Counted from the first letter of the stretch, positions 43,279 through 55,502 are shown. The stretch is 64,000 nucleotides of DNA from an uncultured Lentisphaerales bacterium (GCA_943788985.1 CALSSJ010000005.1:64001-128000); one strand, 5' to 3'. Program-made: numbers and translations. The notes: generated from the sequence alone by a model not told the origin.

Positions 43279-44685
43279 ATGAGGATCCTTTATACCATCA
43301 TACTGTTTTTGGCGGTGCAGCTCTTCGCAAAGCCGCCGAATGTGTTGTTTCTCGCAGTGGACGATTTGCGACCGGAATTGAAGTCCTTTGGCGTTGAGCA
43401 CATTCATTCGCCGAATATTGACCGGTTGGCTGAGAAGGGGAGGGCGTTTCATCGCCATTATGTAAACGCCCCAAGCTGTGGGCCATCGCGCTATACGCTG
43501 TTAACGGGCCTGTATGGGGATCAAACACCCGGGAATCAAGCGCTGTTCGAACGTGCGAGCAGGATGAAGGATGCGCCGGAGACGGTACCGCCGAGCATGC
43601 CCGAATGGTTTCGAGCCAATGGGTATACGACGGTATCCGTGGGCAAGGTGTCGCATCATCCCGGTGGCTGGGGCGGGGGGAATTGGGCTGACAAGAGCCG
43701 CCCCGAAATGCCTGGGGCATGGGATCGGCAGCTGATGCCGTGCGGCGCCTGGGAGTATCCGAGTCGTGCCATGCATGGCCTTGCGAACGGGCAGAGTCGC
43801 CAGCGTGGTAAGATGAAGGCCTATGAAAGTGCGGCTGGGCCAGACACAATTTATCCCGACGGCTTGATTGCCGATGAAGGCTTGGTGCAGCTCAAGGAAC
43901 TGGCGGCCGCAGACACCCCCTTTTTCCTGGCTATTGGGTTGATTCGTCCGCACTTGCCGTTTGGTGCTCCGGAGGCCTACATGGCACCCTACAAGGAGGT
44001 AGCCTTGCCGCCCACGCCGCATCCTGGTAAGCCGACCTGGCGAACAACCTGGCATGGCTCCGGCGAGTTTTCCAGACAGTACGATCACAGCGGCAGGGAT
44101 CCGAATTCCGACGCTGGCTACGCAGATTTGCTGCGACGGCATTACGCGGCCTGTGTCACCTACGCAGACAAACATGTGGGAGAGATTCTGGATGCACTCA
44201 AAGAGGCAGGCGCAGAGCAGAACACAGTGGTGGTTTTGTGGGGAGATCATGGCTGGCATTTGGGAGAGCATGCGATTTGGGGCAAGCACTGTTTGTTTGA
44301 GGAGGCATTGCGATCGCCGCTGATCATCTCGACACCGAACCTGGAAGCGCCGGGCGTCAAGGCGGATGCGATCGTATCCAGCCTGGATATCTTCCCCACA
44401 CTCTGCGACCTGACGGGGCTGGAACTCCCGACGTTCGCGAATGGCCGCTCATTACGCCCGCAGCTGGAAGATCCGGAGGTGATCGGCCATCTGGCAGTTT
44501 CCTACTGGGGCCGTGCAAAGACCATCCGGACCGACGCACACCGCCTCATTCTGCATCACGATGGCTACGCAGAGCTGTATGATCATCGCACAGTCGAGAA
44601 GGAGACGAAGAATCTGGCCAAGGAGAAGCCGGAGCTGGTGCAGAAGTTGAGCAAGCAGCTTAAAGCTGAGCTGGCTTCCCCTTGA
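43279..44685 (+). CDS. Sulfatase (iduronate-2-sulfatase-like)
   Basis: [38 protein letters not shown]. Confidence 0.93.
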   Translation: MRILYTIILFLAVQLFAKPPNVLFLAVDDLRPELKSFGVEHIHSPNIDRLAEKGRAFHRHYVNAPSCGPSRYTLLTGLYGDQTPGNQALFERASRMKDAPETVPPSMPEWFRANGYTTVSVGKVSHHPGGWGGGNWADKSRPEMPGAWDRQLMPCGAWEYPSRAMHGLANGQSRQRGKMKAYESAAGPDTIYPDGLIADEGLVQLKELAAADTPFFLAIGLIRPHLPFGAPEAYMAPYKEVALPPTPHPGKPTWRTTWHGSGEFSRQYDHSGRDPNSDAGYADLLRRHYAACVTYADKHVGEILDALKEAGAEQNTVVVLWGDHGWHLGEHAIWGKHCLFEEALRSPLIISTPNLEAPGVKADAIVSSLDIFPTLCDLTGLELPTFANGRSLRPQLEDPEVIGHLAVSYWGRAKTIRTDAHRLILHHDGYAELYDHRTVEKETKNLAKEKPELVQKLSKQLKAELASP

Positions 44686-45023
44686 CGGCATCATCCCGAA
44701 AGCCAAGGCACGGAATCGAGGTTTGCGTCATTTGCAAAGCACCTTGGCTGACCGGGAGTGATGGCAAGCCAAACATTTCGACGAATGAAAACGGAGTGGC
44801 TGGGGAGCGAGCAAGGTAAAATTGAATCAAGGGTAGCCGCCAAAGGACGCAATGATCAAAAAACGGAGCGGCAGTTTGTTTCTTGTTTCCTTTGTGGCCA
44901 TCCCGGAACTGTCCAGCAACTTTCGCCCGGCTATTCCGATCCAGACGCATTCATTCGATCTCGTCGCGAGAGGCGGCAGTGCGCTTCAGGTGGGCCTAAG
45001 CGTGAGTCAGACGAATGGAATTT

Positions 45024-45407
45024 TCAGTCCGGCTCGAAGGCACCGGGCCAGTAGCGGGCGTCTATCACCGTGTGCCCCTCATAGATAAGCTCCACGACGT
45101 CGAAACGGCTGACGATCTGCGGGCGTCCGAGATGCCGGAGGTAGCGTCGGGCGGTGGCGATGATGTGGCGCTGTTTCTCCTTGGTCACCGCGTCAATGGG
45201 CCGTGCAAACGAGTGCTGCTGCCGAGCCTTGACCTCGACGAAGCAAAGGACGTCTCCGTCACGGGCGATGATATCCAATTCGCCATGCGGGCCGACGACA
45301 TTGCGGCAGAGAATCTCTAGGCCGAGGTTTTGAAGAAGGCGAGCAGCCATGCGTTCGCCACGCTGGCCGAGCCGCAGATGCGCGGCCAGCCTTCGCCGCA
45401 ACTTCAT
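45024..45407 (-). CDS. YraN (UPF0102) family protein
   Basis: LG.RGE..A, GELDIIA, FVEVK.R, RFDVV. Confidence 0.93.
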   Translation of the reverse strand: MKLRRRLAAHLRLGQRGERMAARLLQNLGLEILCRNVVGPHGELDIIARDGDVLCFVEVKARQQHSFARPIDAVTKEKQRHIIATARRYLRHLGRPQIVSRFDVVELIYEGHTVIDARYWPGAFEPD

Positions 45408-45595
45408 GCTGGGCGATTGATCGCAGCCTCAATCAGCGGCCAGGCCAGGTAGAGGCAATAGCTGATCAGGCAGATCGCGGCAATTCCGAGGCCGAGGAAG
45501 AAGATCGTAAAGATACAACTTGATCCGGGGTCTGGGGGCGGGGCGTCCCCCGGCTGTTGGCCACTATGATTGGGAGGCGTTTTGGTAAACGGCAT
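45404..45595 (-). CDS. Small hypothetical membrane protein
   Basis: 63 aa with one TM; 4-bp overlap with the yraN-like gene. Confidence 0.6.
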   Translation of the reverse strand: MPFTKTPPNHSGQQPGDAPPPDPGSSCIFTIFFLGLGIAAICLISYCLYLAWPLIEAAINRPA

Positions 45596-45614
45596 ACTCT
45601 ATTCTTCAGTGTAC

Positions 45615-48600
45615 TTATTCTTCGGTGTACAAATCTACGGTCGTCGCCCGATGCGCAAAGATCCAGTAGGCAGTTCCAAGGGTCAAGGAAGCCGGCACGG
45701 ACCAGGCGTCATTCCAGTAGATAACCGTGGGCGAGAGCGCCGCGTTGTCGAGCGGCAAAGCGCGGGAAACTGCGGGACCGATCAGATTCCAGCCCATGGC
45801 CAGAGGATGAGGGCCGGGAAGCTGTGGCATCCCCTCCAGAATTGTGTTTGTGCTGGTAAAGAAATTCGCGTAGTATCCTTCAAAGGGGCGAATCTCGTCG
45901 ACTTGTTCAAACTCGCGCGCGCCGGCATTCCAGCGCCAGACGGCGTCTGCCCCCGGCAGCAGCGTGCTCCGGGACGGCGATGCGTATTGAATCGGAAAAG
46001 ACAGGAGGCGCCAGCCTGGCTGAACATCGAGAGCCACGTCGTTATCTAGAATGGTTCCTGTTCCGTCTAGCACGCTGCGGGCGGCATCAACCGGCGCAGC
46101 ATTGGTGAGGAGCAGGCGCACCGTTTCCCCTCCCTCTACGGCCACGTCTTCGCCGATCTGGACACTGATCATAGTGCTGGACGCGCCTGGGCCGATGAGT
46201 CCGGAGCCAGACAGCCCGGCGTAATCAGCCGGCGACACTGCCGTGCCGTCCGCTGTCGCATAACTAAAGGTCACGGTCTTGCTCGACAGCTCGTCCAAGC
46301 TTACCACAAAGTCGAGATAGCCTGCCTCGTTTAGAGAGGTTGGCGTACTGATCGCCATCGCTGGGGGCAGATCATCGTCCACAAGCGTAATCGTCCGCTG
46401 TGTCGGCGGTCGAATCGGCGCGTTCTGTGCCGGCCCCAGAATCAGCCGCAGCTGGCTGTCATCCTGATCATAGGGGTTATCAAAAGGACTCAGGTCCAGG
46501 TCGAGCTGCTGGAGGCCACTGGTGCCTGCGGGCCAGACCACAGTTCCTTGAAACCAAACACTTTCGAATGCCGAAAATGCCTCCTTTCCCAACAGCAGAT
46601 AGTTAACCGTAACCTCCGGGTTCTGGTCATCTGCCGTGGTCAGGTTGAAGGGGATGCTCAAGGTGCTGCCCTCGACCACGGACGCAGGCGGCGTGGTCGA
46701 GATGATGGTGCCAGCTTCGGTCCAGGTGAAGGTGACCGCGGCCCCAATGGCACCAAGGTCATTGACACCGATTACTTCGAAGCTGTGCGGCCCGGCACCA
46801 AACGTGACCTGATGCGACGCGGCGTTAAAGAGCGGCGTCGTGATGGTCTGGTCGTACAGAGCGCCGTCATCAATCACGATCCGGTAGTGATCGATCAGGC
46901 CCTGCCCTTGCGGCGGATCCCAGGTCCAGTAGGGCTGGCCGCCGTCGATTGCACCGCCATCTGTGATCTCCACCGTCAGGGTAGAATCTGTGTAAGCTCG
47001 CAGGTTGGTCACGGTGGGCGTAGCCAACGTGGCCAACGGGCGATAGGCATTGAGTCGCTTCGCAAATCCAGCGCCGCAGTAGGCGTCGTCAGAGGTGAAG
47101 TAGGGGCTCGTGGTGGCGATGCACTCTCCGCCCTGAAATAGATATTCACGCACATCCGCAACCGTCAGCTCTGGTCGAAATCCCCAAATCAGAGCTGCCA
47201 CTGCTGCTGCTTGCGGTGCCGCCATCGATGTCCCCGATTTCTGTACATACTTTTCGTCTACAGAGAGGCTGTAGATGCTCTTGCCGGGCGCCAGGATGTC
47301 CACATAGAGGCCCCAGTCTGAGCTCGTCCAGCGCGTGTCATGATTATCGCTGGCGCCCACATTGAAGACATTCGGTAGGGCATCCCAGCAGCCTGCCACG
47401 GTGTGCCCGTAATCAGTCGAATCGAACCAGCTGCTGCCGTTGTGCTCCCGGTTAGAATTGCCCGCTGCGCCCACGAAAAGCCCCGGGAAATCGGCAATCG
47501 CGTCATACAGCGCGCGATCCCCGATCGGCAAAGTCGTCTGCCCTTCATCGCGGATCGTCTGGCAGGTCGAGGCGGCATAGCCCCAGCTCGCGTTGATCAC
47601 CGTCGCGCCGTTGTGGGCCGCAAAGTAGATGCCCTTGACGAAGTCGACTGACGAGTAGTTGGACGAGCGTACGGCCATAATTTTAGTATTGGGCGCAATT
47701 CCAGCGATTCCGATCCCGTTGTTGGCGGCCGCGCCGATCACCCCAGCCACGTGTGTGCCGTGATCGCTGGACACCGGCATCGGGTCCGTATCCCCCAGTG
47801 ACGTGGAGTAGTCGTAACCATGAATGCAGTCGCCCAACGGATCTCCGTTGTGGTCGAGGCAGTTTGTGCCATCCCACATCTGGCCGTTGAGCTCTGGGTG
47901 TGTATAATCGACCCCGTTATCTAGCACAGCCACGATCGCGCCATTGCCCCCGCTTGCGCCCTGGTTGAGCTCCCAGGCAGCCAGAACCTGCATATCTGCG
48001 CCGGGCACGCCCTGAGCGTTCTGGCCCGTACCGATCGCCTGTCCAGTATTCTGCAGCGCCCACTGAATCCCGAAGTCAGGATCGTTCGGCACTTCTCTTG
48101 GTTCGTAGACGTAGTTCGGTTGGGCGTAGAGCACCTCGGCGTGCTTACTGAGCCGGCGCAGCGCCGCGGTCACCGATTCATCGTCCTTCAGGGTGAGGCA
48201 GATCCAGCCACCGGCTCGGTGGACGGATGCGCCGCTATCGCATTGCAAATCGCAGGCCAGATCCGCCATGGATCGCATCGGCGCCGCCACCTTGATCAGC
48301 ACCTCACGTGGACGCCAGCCCGACTCATCAACCGCTTCGGTCGCCTGGCTTGGCCCCGTTGCAACCGCCACTTCGCCGCGAATCCGCACAAAGTGTCCTG
48401 CCTGTTCGAGATCGTTCGAGACGATGCGCAGCGACCGCTCGAAATGCCCGCTCACCTGCGATGCATCCAGCTGGATCACGAGCAGGGTTTCCTCTCCAGG
48501 AGCCAGGCGCTCGTTCTTCAACTCAGCCGCCAGGCAGCCACAACTCACCTGAACGCGGCTGATCCGCAGCGGTTTTTTGCCAGCATTGCGCAGCCGTAGC

Positions 48601-48794
48601 TGTCGCTCGACCCGCAGGTCGGCTGTCACCAGCCCGAAATCCAGCGCGCCGTCCACCACCAGTCGCTGCGCATGCGCGGACAGTGCGGCCAGCGATGCGA
48701 ACATCGCAATTCGGAGCCAGTTGCTCATCATGAGTTCCATCGTAATAATCGTCAGGCAGTGAGGGGAACTGTGCATCGCAGGCAGTTCTGACAC
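45615..48794 (-). CDS. Secreted S8 subtilisin-like protease with N-terminal DUF1573-like Ig, Calx-beta and C-terminal GWNL..GYW domain
   Basis: VAVLDNG, HGTHVAG, AAGN, SGTSMAAP; SCGC in the N-terminal Ig; YATADGTA..PADY. True start is probably ~48730. Confidence 0.92.
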   Translation of the reverse strand: MSELPAMHSSPHCLTIITMELMMSNWLRIAMFASLAALSAHAQRLVVDGALDFGLVTADLRVERQLRLRNAGKKPLRISRVQVSCGCLAAELKNERLAPGEETLLVIQLDASQVSGHFERSLRIVSNDLEQAGHFVRIRGEVAVATGPSQATEAVDESGWRPREVLIKVAAPMRSMADLACDLQCDSGASVHRAGGWICLTLKDDESVTAALRRLSKHAEVLYAQPNYVYEPREVPNDPDFGIQWALQNTGQAIGTGQNAQGVPGADMQVLAAWELNQGASGGNGAIVAVLDNGVDYTHPELNGQMWDGTNCLDHNGDPLGDCIHGYDYSTSLGDTDPMPVSSDHGTHVAGVIGAAANNGIGIAGIAPNTKIMAVRSSNYSSVDFVKGIYFAAHNGATVINASWGYAASTCQTIRDEGQTTLPIGDRALYDAIADFPGLFVGAAGNSNREHNGSSWFDSTDYGHTVAGCWDALPNVFNVGASDNHDTRWTSSDWGLYVDILAPGKSIYSLSVDEKYVQKSGTSMAAPQAAAVAALIWGFRPELTVADVREYLFQGGECIATTSPYFTSDDAYCGAGFAKRLNAYRPLATLATPTVTNLRAYTDSTLTVEITDGGAIDGGQPYWTWDPPQGQGLIDHYRIVIDDGALYDQTITTPLFNAASHQVTFGAGPHSFEVIGVNDLGAIGAAVTFTWTEAGTIISTTPPASVVEGSTLSIPFNLTTADDQNPEVTVNYLLLGKEAFSAFESVWFQGTVVWPAGTSGLQQLDLDLSPFDNPYDQDDSQLRLILGPAQNAPIRPPTQRTITLVDDDLPPAMAISTPTSLNEAGYLDFVVSLDELSSKTVTFSYATADGTAVSPADYAGLSGSGLIGPGASSTMISVQIGEDVAVEGGETVRLLLTNAAPVDAARSVLDGTGTILDNDVALDVQPGWRLLSFPIQYASPSRSTLLPGADAVWRWNAGAREFEQVDEIRPFEGYYANFFTSTNTILEGMPQLPGPHPLAMGWNLIGPAVSRALPLDNAALSPTVIYWNDAWSVPASLTLGTAYWIFAHRATTVDLYTEE

Positions 48795-48878
48795 ACAAAG
48801 ACCACCCGTACTACTACAAGAATTCGCTGGTGTTACGATTCAACCGGGAAAGCCGTGGAATAGCGCTATAGTAACGGC

Positions 48879-49319
48879 ATGAAAGTCACCACAGTCATTC
48901 TCTTACTTGCTCTCCCCGCGTTTGCCGGCGGCATCGTCGTCAGCGATCGCCATCTCGTGCCGGATTCGTACTCCGCGCCGCGGATCGAGCAAAAGGCCAA
49001 CGGGTCCGTCATTTTTCATCCCGCTCGCCCTGCGAGCTTTCGCACTGTGAGCTACGGCGTGGCACTCGGCGTACGCGGCGTGCAGGTCAGCCGCAGGTCG
49101 TTCTCGGCACCACGGCCGCAGGCGAGCCGAGACACGTCGAACGCGGATAGCCAGCTATTCGGGTTCCAAAGTCGGAAGGGAACCGTATTCCTGGCTCGAA
49201 AAGGAGAGTTGCTGACACTGGGTTCACGCGAGTACAAAGTGCTCGGCCAGAAGGCATCCCACGTCTACCTGCGGAATCTAGAGACCGGGAAAGTTACCCG
49301 CGCCCGCGCCACCCAATAG
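48879..49319 (+). CDS. Small secreted hypothetical protein
   Basis: Signal peptide ending AFA; fills an intergenic gap. Confidence 0.6.
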   Translation: MKVTTVILLLALPAFAGGIVVSDRHLVPDSYSAPRIEQKANGSVIFHPARPASFRTVSYGVALGVRGVQVSRRSFSAPRPQASRDTSNADSQLFGFQSRKGTVFLARKGELLTLGSREYKVLGQKASHVYLRNLETGKVTRARATQ

Positions 49320-49367
49320 CCCATCGGGCTGCTTAACTCGGAGGGCCGGAATCCGGCTCACAGTTCC

Positions 49368-50359
<992 letters not shown>

Positions 50360-50363
<4 letters not shown>

Positions 50364-51298
50364 CCCTGCCGTGGATCCAGGCAATCCGCCCCAAAACTCT
50401 TTGGGCCGGATTTGCGCCTGTGTTGATCGGTGCCGCTCTCGCTTTTGCGGAGTCCGCATTAAACTGGCTGTTTGCCGCCCTGTGCTTGTTATTTGCGTTG
50501 GCGCTGCAGATTGGCTGCAACCTTGCCAATGACTACTTCGACGCCAAGAAAGGTGCGGACACCCCAGACCGCCTTGGGCCCGTGCGGGTCACCCAATCTG
50601 GGCTGATTTCCCCCGCTGCAGTGCGCCGCGCCGCGGGCCTCTGTTTCGGCATTGCCAGCCTGATCGCGCTGGCCATGATCCAGCGTGGCGGGCTGCCGGT
50701 GGTGATTATTCTCGTGACCGCGGTCATCACCGCCATCTGCTACACAGGCGGCCCCTTCCCGCTGGGGTACAACGGCCTGGGAGACGTAGCCGCCTTCATC
50801 TACTTCGGCCCCGTAGCCGTAGGGGGGACGCATTACATCATGACCGACTCCTGGAGTACAGATGCGATCATTGCAGGCTTTGGCCCCGGCTTTCTCTCTG
50901 TCGCGATCCTTACCGTCAACAATCTGCGCGACCTGGAGACAGACCGCGCGGCCCACAAGCGTACCCTCATCGTCATGTGGGGGCGAACCTACGGCCGCAT
51001 CCATTACACGGTGGCACTGATCGCAGCGGCGCTGGTTCCCGTGGTGCTGATTCTGCGAAGCGGCAGCCACCACGCGGTGGCGATCGCCTCACTCGCCTGC
51101 GTTCTAGCTATCGTTCCGCTCGTGCGCGCTGTCTGGCGTGAAACCGGTCGCCCACTAAACCAAACGCTTGGTGCCACCGCCCGGCTGCTGCTCGTTTACA
51201 GCATCCTTTTTGCCGTTGGCTGGAACTTACCCCGAGCTACTTCTTCAGCCACCAATTCTCCGCCAGAGTTCTTGCAACCCGCGAATCCGGGGAGCTAA
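50360..51298 (+). CDS. menA: 1,4-dihydroxy-2-naphthoate polyprenyltransferase
   Basis: RPKTL, NLANDYFD..KG.D, YTGGP, NNLRD..TD..A.KRTL. Confidence 0.93.
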
Positions 51299-52340
51299 AC
51301 TCCGAAGCGACGTGCTCGCCATAGCGCAGTTCCAGCCGCCAAAAGACCAGATGCCTACTCTCGGTGTCGTCAACGGCGGGTCTTGAGAGTTGAACTTCAG
51401 GGGGCAGGCGTACCTGGCTGTGAATGGTGCCTTGGCCGTTTACCATCTGCACCGAGGCAGGAGAGTCGGTGTGTGTCACGAGCTCTCTCATTCCGTTATT
51501 GTCTGCCAGCAAGGTGTAGAGAGTCACGGTTGGGACTGGCGCAGACTTTTGGTCCGCAGCCACGGTGAAGCCGTAGGATAGATGCATGCCTTCTTGGCCG
51601 AGTTTCTGTGCGACTCTCGCGAAGCGAATCTTGGCCTGTGGGCCCTCCGCGATTCGCTCCCGTGTGACTACGGGCCCGCCCGGGTCCATTTCATGCATGG
51701 TGATGCTGCGCTCGAGCGGAAGGTCTCGCCACCAGCCGGGCTTGGACTTACCGAGTTCTTCGCGCGACTCGATCAATTCACCGTCGACCCAGATCTCCGC
51801 GCGCCAGCTAATCATCGAGCCCACTTCGGCCAAATACCCTTTGCTCCGAAAAGCCCGGGCGTTTACCTCCGGCACGCCGGCCAATCGAGTCGGGTCATCT
51901 TGCTTTCGATTGCTGAACTTGCGGAGCTTGCGTTGGCCATCTGTATCTTCCACGAGCACGAAAACCCGCACATATGGGGCCTGCATGCGCGCCTTCCGAT
52001 GCAGCACGCCAAGCTTCAATATCCGTGCCGGGCGGCGACGATTTGGGAGCGCGTCAAAGGACACAATCTTCGCTCGTTTGTTGGTGGGGGCCAGTCCTTC
52101 CTCAGCTGGATGCTCGTCTCCGTCGTCAGCGTTGTCGTCCGCCGCCTCCGATTCTATAATCGTCTTGATGTCGAACAGCTTGACGCGCCCTTTTTCCCTA
52201 GCGTCCCCATGCGTGTAGTATAGATAGCCATTCTGAACTGCCTCCACAGTGACCTTGCTGATCGGGGTGCCTTTCCACGGAATGATCGTGGAGGCGCTCG
52301 TGGAGAGCACACAGAGTAGTGCTAAAGCGCCCCACCTCAT
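51237..52340 (-). CDS. Secreted hypothetical protein
   Basis: Signal peptide; coupled to the PEGA gene; weak internal duplication (SWRAEIW / FWRLELR). Confidence 0.7.
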   Translation of the reverse strand: MRWGALALLCVLSTSASTIIPWKGTPISKVTVEAVQNGYLYYTHGDAREKGRVKLFDIKTIIESEAADDNADDGDEHPAEEGLAPTNKRAKIVSFDALPNRRRPARILKLGVLHRKARMQAPYVRVFVLVEDTDGQRKLRKFSNRKQDDPTRLAGVPEVNARAFRSKGYLAEVGSMISWRAEIWVDGELIESREELGKSKPGWWRDLPLERSITMHEMDPGGPVVTRERIAEGPQAKIRFARVAQKLGQEGMHLSYGFTVAADQKSAPVPTVTLYTLLADNNGMRELVTHTDSPASVQMVNGQGTIHSQVRLPPEVQLSRPAVDDTESRHLVFWRLELRYGEHVASEFSSPDSRVARTLAENWWLKK

Positions 52341-53659
52341 GGCGCGACCGTCTTCAAAGGCCGCAGCTTGATGTACTCATCTCCGTCGTAGAGGATCGTC
52401 ACCGACTTCATCGGGCTGAATTCGATCGAGCCATTCGCTGCCTTACTCACAAGAACCCCCTGAATCACCTCGCCATTTGCCTTATGAAGCTCATGGTCGG
52501 GGATCCAAAGCTTGGTGAGCCTCAGGGTGCCAAGCTGGGTCAGTTCACCGCGAAAAACCAGCACTTTCTTGCGAATCGGCGCGTAGCCAGCCTTGCGCAC
52601 TTCCACCAGATGCGGCCCCTCGGCCAGGTCGGCAAAATCGGTGATCTTGGAAACCAGACGCGTTCCCTGTTGCCGCGTGGTCCCCAGATTCTTTGCGCCC
52701 ACGTAAATCTGGCAGCCCGGCGGCTCAGTGGCCAGGGAGAATCCGCCCAGTACCGATTCCATATTTGTGATGATCTTCGTGGTCTTGCCAGGCCCGATGC
52801 TTGCGTTCTGGTGCACGTCGTCAAACCCGGTTTTAGTCAGCCGGAGAATCAGAATTCCGGGCGCGAGGTTCTTGCGCTCGAAAGGCGTGGTGCCCAGCAA
52901 CTCATCGTTGCCATACACATCCACCCCGGTTGGCGTAGTTTCCACGCGTAGTGCACCCGGCTTGGCCTGAAATGCTGGCAGTGGGACTCGCACCTCTTGA
53001 TCCTTGAGGAGCGTCACCGAATTTGAGACATTTTCGTGTCCGGCCAGGCGACCCTGTACCTCATGGCGACCCGCCATCAGATCCGTCAATACCAGCGGGC
53101 TATTGCCCCGGTACTGGCCGTTGATGTAGATTGACGCGCCCTGGGGGGTGGTGTCCACCCGCAACTTCCCCAGCAGGCTTTCCAGCAGGCAATGCAAACC
53201 GACCGGTCGTTCGTCGGGCACTTGCAGCGTAATCGTCCGGCTTTGGTGTCCCGCAAGGCTGAACGTGACCTCCTTAGTGCCGAGTGGAAGTGGCACCACG
53301 CAGGGAGTGGTTCCCAGCGGCTTGCCAGCCATCAAGATGCTCGCGCCAGGCGGTGAGGACGTAAGCCGTACCGGTGGTCGAAACGGCTCCAGTCTTACCT
53401 CTACCTGATACGGATCAATGGCACCCGGTTGAATTCGCTCGAAATGGGGATGATGCCCCTTCTTGCGCACCTCGACCATGTGCCCCGCCACATCGATCTG
53501 CAGCACAAGCGGCGTCAAGCCTACCTGCTTCCCGTTCACCGTCACCTCAGCCGACTCTGGCTGGCTTGAGATCTCCAATGTGCGCACTTCTGCGCTCCAA
53601 AGTGCGAGCGCCAACAGTGCCCCCAGGGCAAGGTGCCAATTTTGCGGAGTTCGCATCAC
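52337..53659 (-). CDS. PEGA-domain protein (about 5 repeats)
   Basis: Repeated S/T.P.GA.I..NG...G.TP. Confidence 0.9.
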   Translation of the reverse strand: MMRTPQNWHLALGALLALALWSAEVRTLEISSQPESAEVTVNGKQVGLTPLVLQIDVAGHMVEVRKKGHHPHFERIQPGAIDPYQVEVRLEPFRPPVRLTSSPPGASILMAGKPLGTTPCVVPLPLGTKEVTFSLAGHQSRTITLQVPDERPVGLHCLLESLLGKLRVDTTPQGASIYINGQYRGNSPLVLTDLMAGRHEVQGRLAGHENVSNSVTLLKDQEVRVPLPAFQAKPGALRVETTPTGVDVYGNDELLGTTPFERKNLAPGILILRLTKTGFDDVHQNASIGPGKTTKIITNMESVLGGFSLATEPPGCQIYVGAKNLGTTRQQGTRLVSKITDFADLAEGPHLVEVRKAGYAPIRKKVLVFRGELTQLGTLRLTKLWIPDHELHKANGEVIQGVLVSKAANGSIEFSPMKSVTILYDGDEYIKLRPLKTVAP

Positions 53660-54903
53660 CGTTTCCTTCGCCGCTTCTCGATCTGTGCTTCAAGATACCC
53701 TAATTCCTTCCGTGCCCGCGAAACCCGTGGGTGCTCTCGATCCGGCACCATCTCCACGATTCGCAGAAATGCCGCCCTGGCCAGCTCCAACTCCCCAAGC
53801 TTGCGGTGCGTCTGGCCCCGAAAGGTCAGATCCTGCAATTCCTTGTCCAAAAGATTCTGTGCTTCCCGCTTCAGCATCAGCGCCTTCGCGTAGTACTCCG
53901 GCCGGTTATCCAGATCAGAAACCAACTGCAGCACATGGCTGAACTCCTCAATCGCCAGATAGACATTCGGGGTATTCACATCTCGCTCGGCAAACAGCCG
54001 CTCGCCGTGGGTGAACCGGCGATGCGCGCTTTCCAGCAACTCCTCACGGGAGATCGCAATCGCCGCCAGATCCAAGTGCGACTCCGCAAATCCGCTCAGT
54101 TCTGTCGCGACAATCTCGAAATCCGGCTCAGCTGGCGAGTTGATGTAGGCTACATGGTTGCCCTTGCGGCCCTTCCGTACGGTCAGCTGGGCAATCTGCG
54201 TCCGACTCCCCGTGCCGCGCACTGCTGGCGTTCGCAGCGCCAGAAAACTCTCTTGGAAGACGATACTCTCCAGCTCAGCCAATTGCTCTGGTGACAGGAG
54301 CTTCTCGCGCTCGAACTGCCTTTCATTGGCCAGGTCATCCACCGACGCGCTGAGCGTGCCCCGGTCCAGCTCGAGATAGAATCGAAACACATTCTGCGGC
54401 GTAACCTGCAGCGTCTCGTATCGCAACATTAGGTGCGTGGCGTTCTCCGGCACAGCCGAGACAACCGCTGGCGGCGGCGCGCTCTGGCGCAATCCCACCG
54501 CCAGGCAGACAATCACCAGCATCAACACGAGTACGCCTGCCAACAGCGGCACGCGGTGTCGCTTGCTTATCAGCTTTGTCTCCTGAGAAAACTCCGCAGC
54601 TGGGAGCACGACGCTATCGTGGCTGGTAAATACGAAGCGCTTGCTACCGGTCTGGATGACGTCCCCTTCCGAGAGCATCGCGCTATCCCTTACCGGCTGG
54701 CCATTCAGCGCCGAGCCGTTCGTACTCCCCAGATCCCGCAGCCGCCAGAGACCGTCTACCTGCTCAATCTTCGCGTGGTAGCTGGACACATCGGGGTCTT
54801 CCAGCACGAGATCGTTATCGTTCTCGCGGCCAATGCAGCAGCCAAGTGGTGGCAATGTCACCACCTCGCCACGCAGCTTGCCCTCAATGTGAACCAGCTT
54901 CAT
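53656..54903 (-). CDS. FHA-domain membrane protein
   Basis: IGRE..ND....D..VS.YHA, DLGSTNG; single TM; helical C-terminus. Confidence 0.9.
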   Translation of the reverse strand: MKLVHIEGKLRGEVVTLPPLGCCIGRENDNDLVLEDPDVSSYHAKIEQVDGLWRLRDLGSTNGSALNGQPVRDSAMLSEGDVIQTGSKRFVFTSHDSVVLPAAEFSQETKLISKRHRVPLLAGVLVLMLVIVCLAVGLRQSAPPPAVVSAVPENATHLMLRYETLQVTPQNVFRFYLELDRGTLSASVDDLANERQFEREKLLSPEQLAELESIVFQESFLALRTPAVRGTGSRTQIAQLTVRKGRKGNHVAYINSPAEPDFEIVATELSGFAESHLDLAAIAISREELLESAHRRFTHGERLFAERDVNTPNVYLAIEEFSHVLQLVSDLDNRPEYYAKALMLKREAQNLLDKELQDLTFRGQTHRKLGELELARAAFLRIVEMVPDREHPRVSRARKELGYLEAQIEKRRRKR

Positions 54904-54972
54904 GCCGAAGTCCGACGGTCTTGGAGTCGTGTGGGTTCCGCCTGAGCGGCGGGTTGCGGGAACATGTCGCGG

Positions 54973-55437
54973 TCAGTCGGAGATGGTAACCTGCATCACC
55001 ACATCGGTGCCCGGGCGATCACCGCGACCGGTCTGGGTGGTGCCGATCTTGTTGACCACGTCCATGCCTTCCGCGACTTTGCCGAATACTGCATGCTTAC
55101 CATCCAGATGCGGCGTCGGCCCGAGTGTAATGAAAAACTGCGATCCGCCCGTGTTGGGGCCCGCGTTTGCCATCGACAAAACGCCTGCCTCATCATGCCG
55201 TAGCTGCGGGTGAAACTCGTCCTGAATCTTGTAGCCAGGTCCGCCAGTGCCTGTCCCTGTGGGGCAGCCGCCCTGGATCATGAAGCCACTGATGACACGG
55301 TGGAAAATCAGGTCATTGTAGTAGCCTTTTTCCGCCAGCGTGATGAAGTTCTCAGTCGTGATCGGTGCCAGATCCTCGTACAAGTCAATTGTGAACTTGC
55401 CGAGGGTCGTTGTGAATGTTGCGGTGCGGTTCGCCAT
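54973..55437 (-). CDS. Cyclophilin-type peptidyl-prolyl isomerase
   Basis: [36 protein letters not shown]. Confidence 0.97.
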   Translation of the reverse strand: MANRTATFTTTLGKFTIDLYEDLAPITTENFITLAEKGYYNDLIFHRVISGFMIQGGCPTGTGTGGPGYKIQDEFHPQLRHDEAGVLSMANAGPNTGGSQFFITLGPTPHLDGKHAVFGKVAEGMDVVNKIGTTQTGRGDRPGTDVVMQVTISD

Positions 55438-55502
55438 GTCGTCTCCTTGTTAGTGTATTGGTGGGGCACTCTACCCGTGCCAGTGTCTTGCGTCAACGGG
55501 AT

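Noticed and set aside
44690..45020. Intergenic region between convergent genes as a possible ncRNA or small ORF
   Set aside because: No recognisable RNA family, terminator or protein motif.
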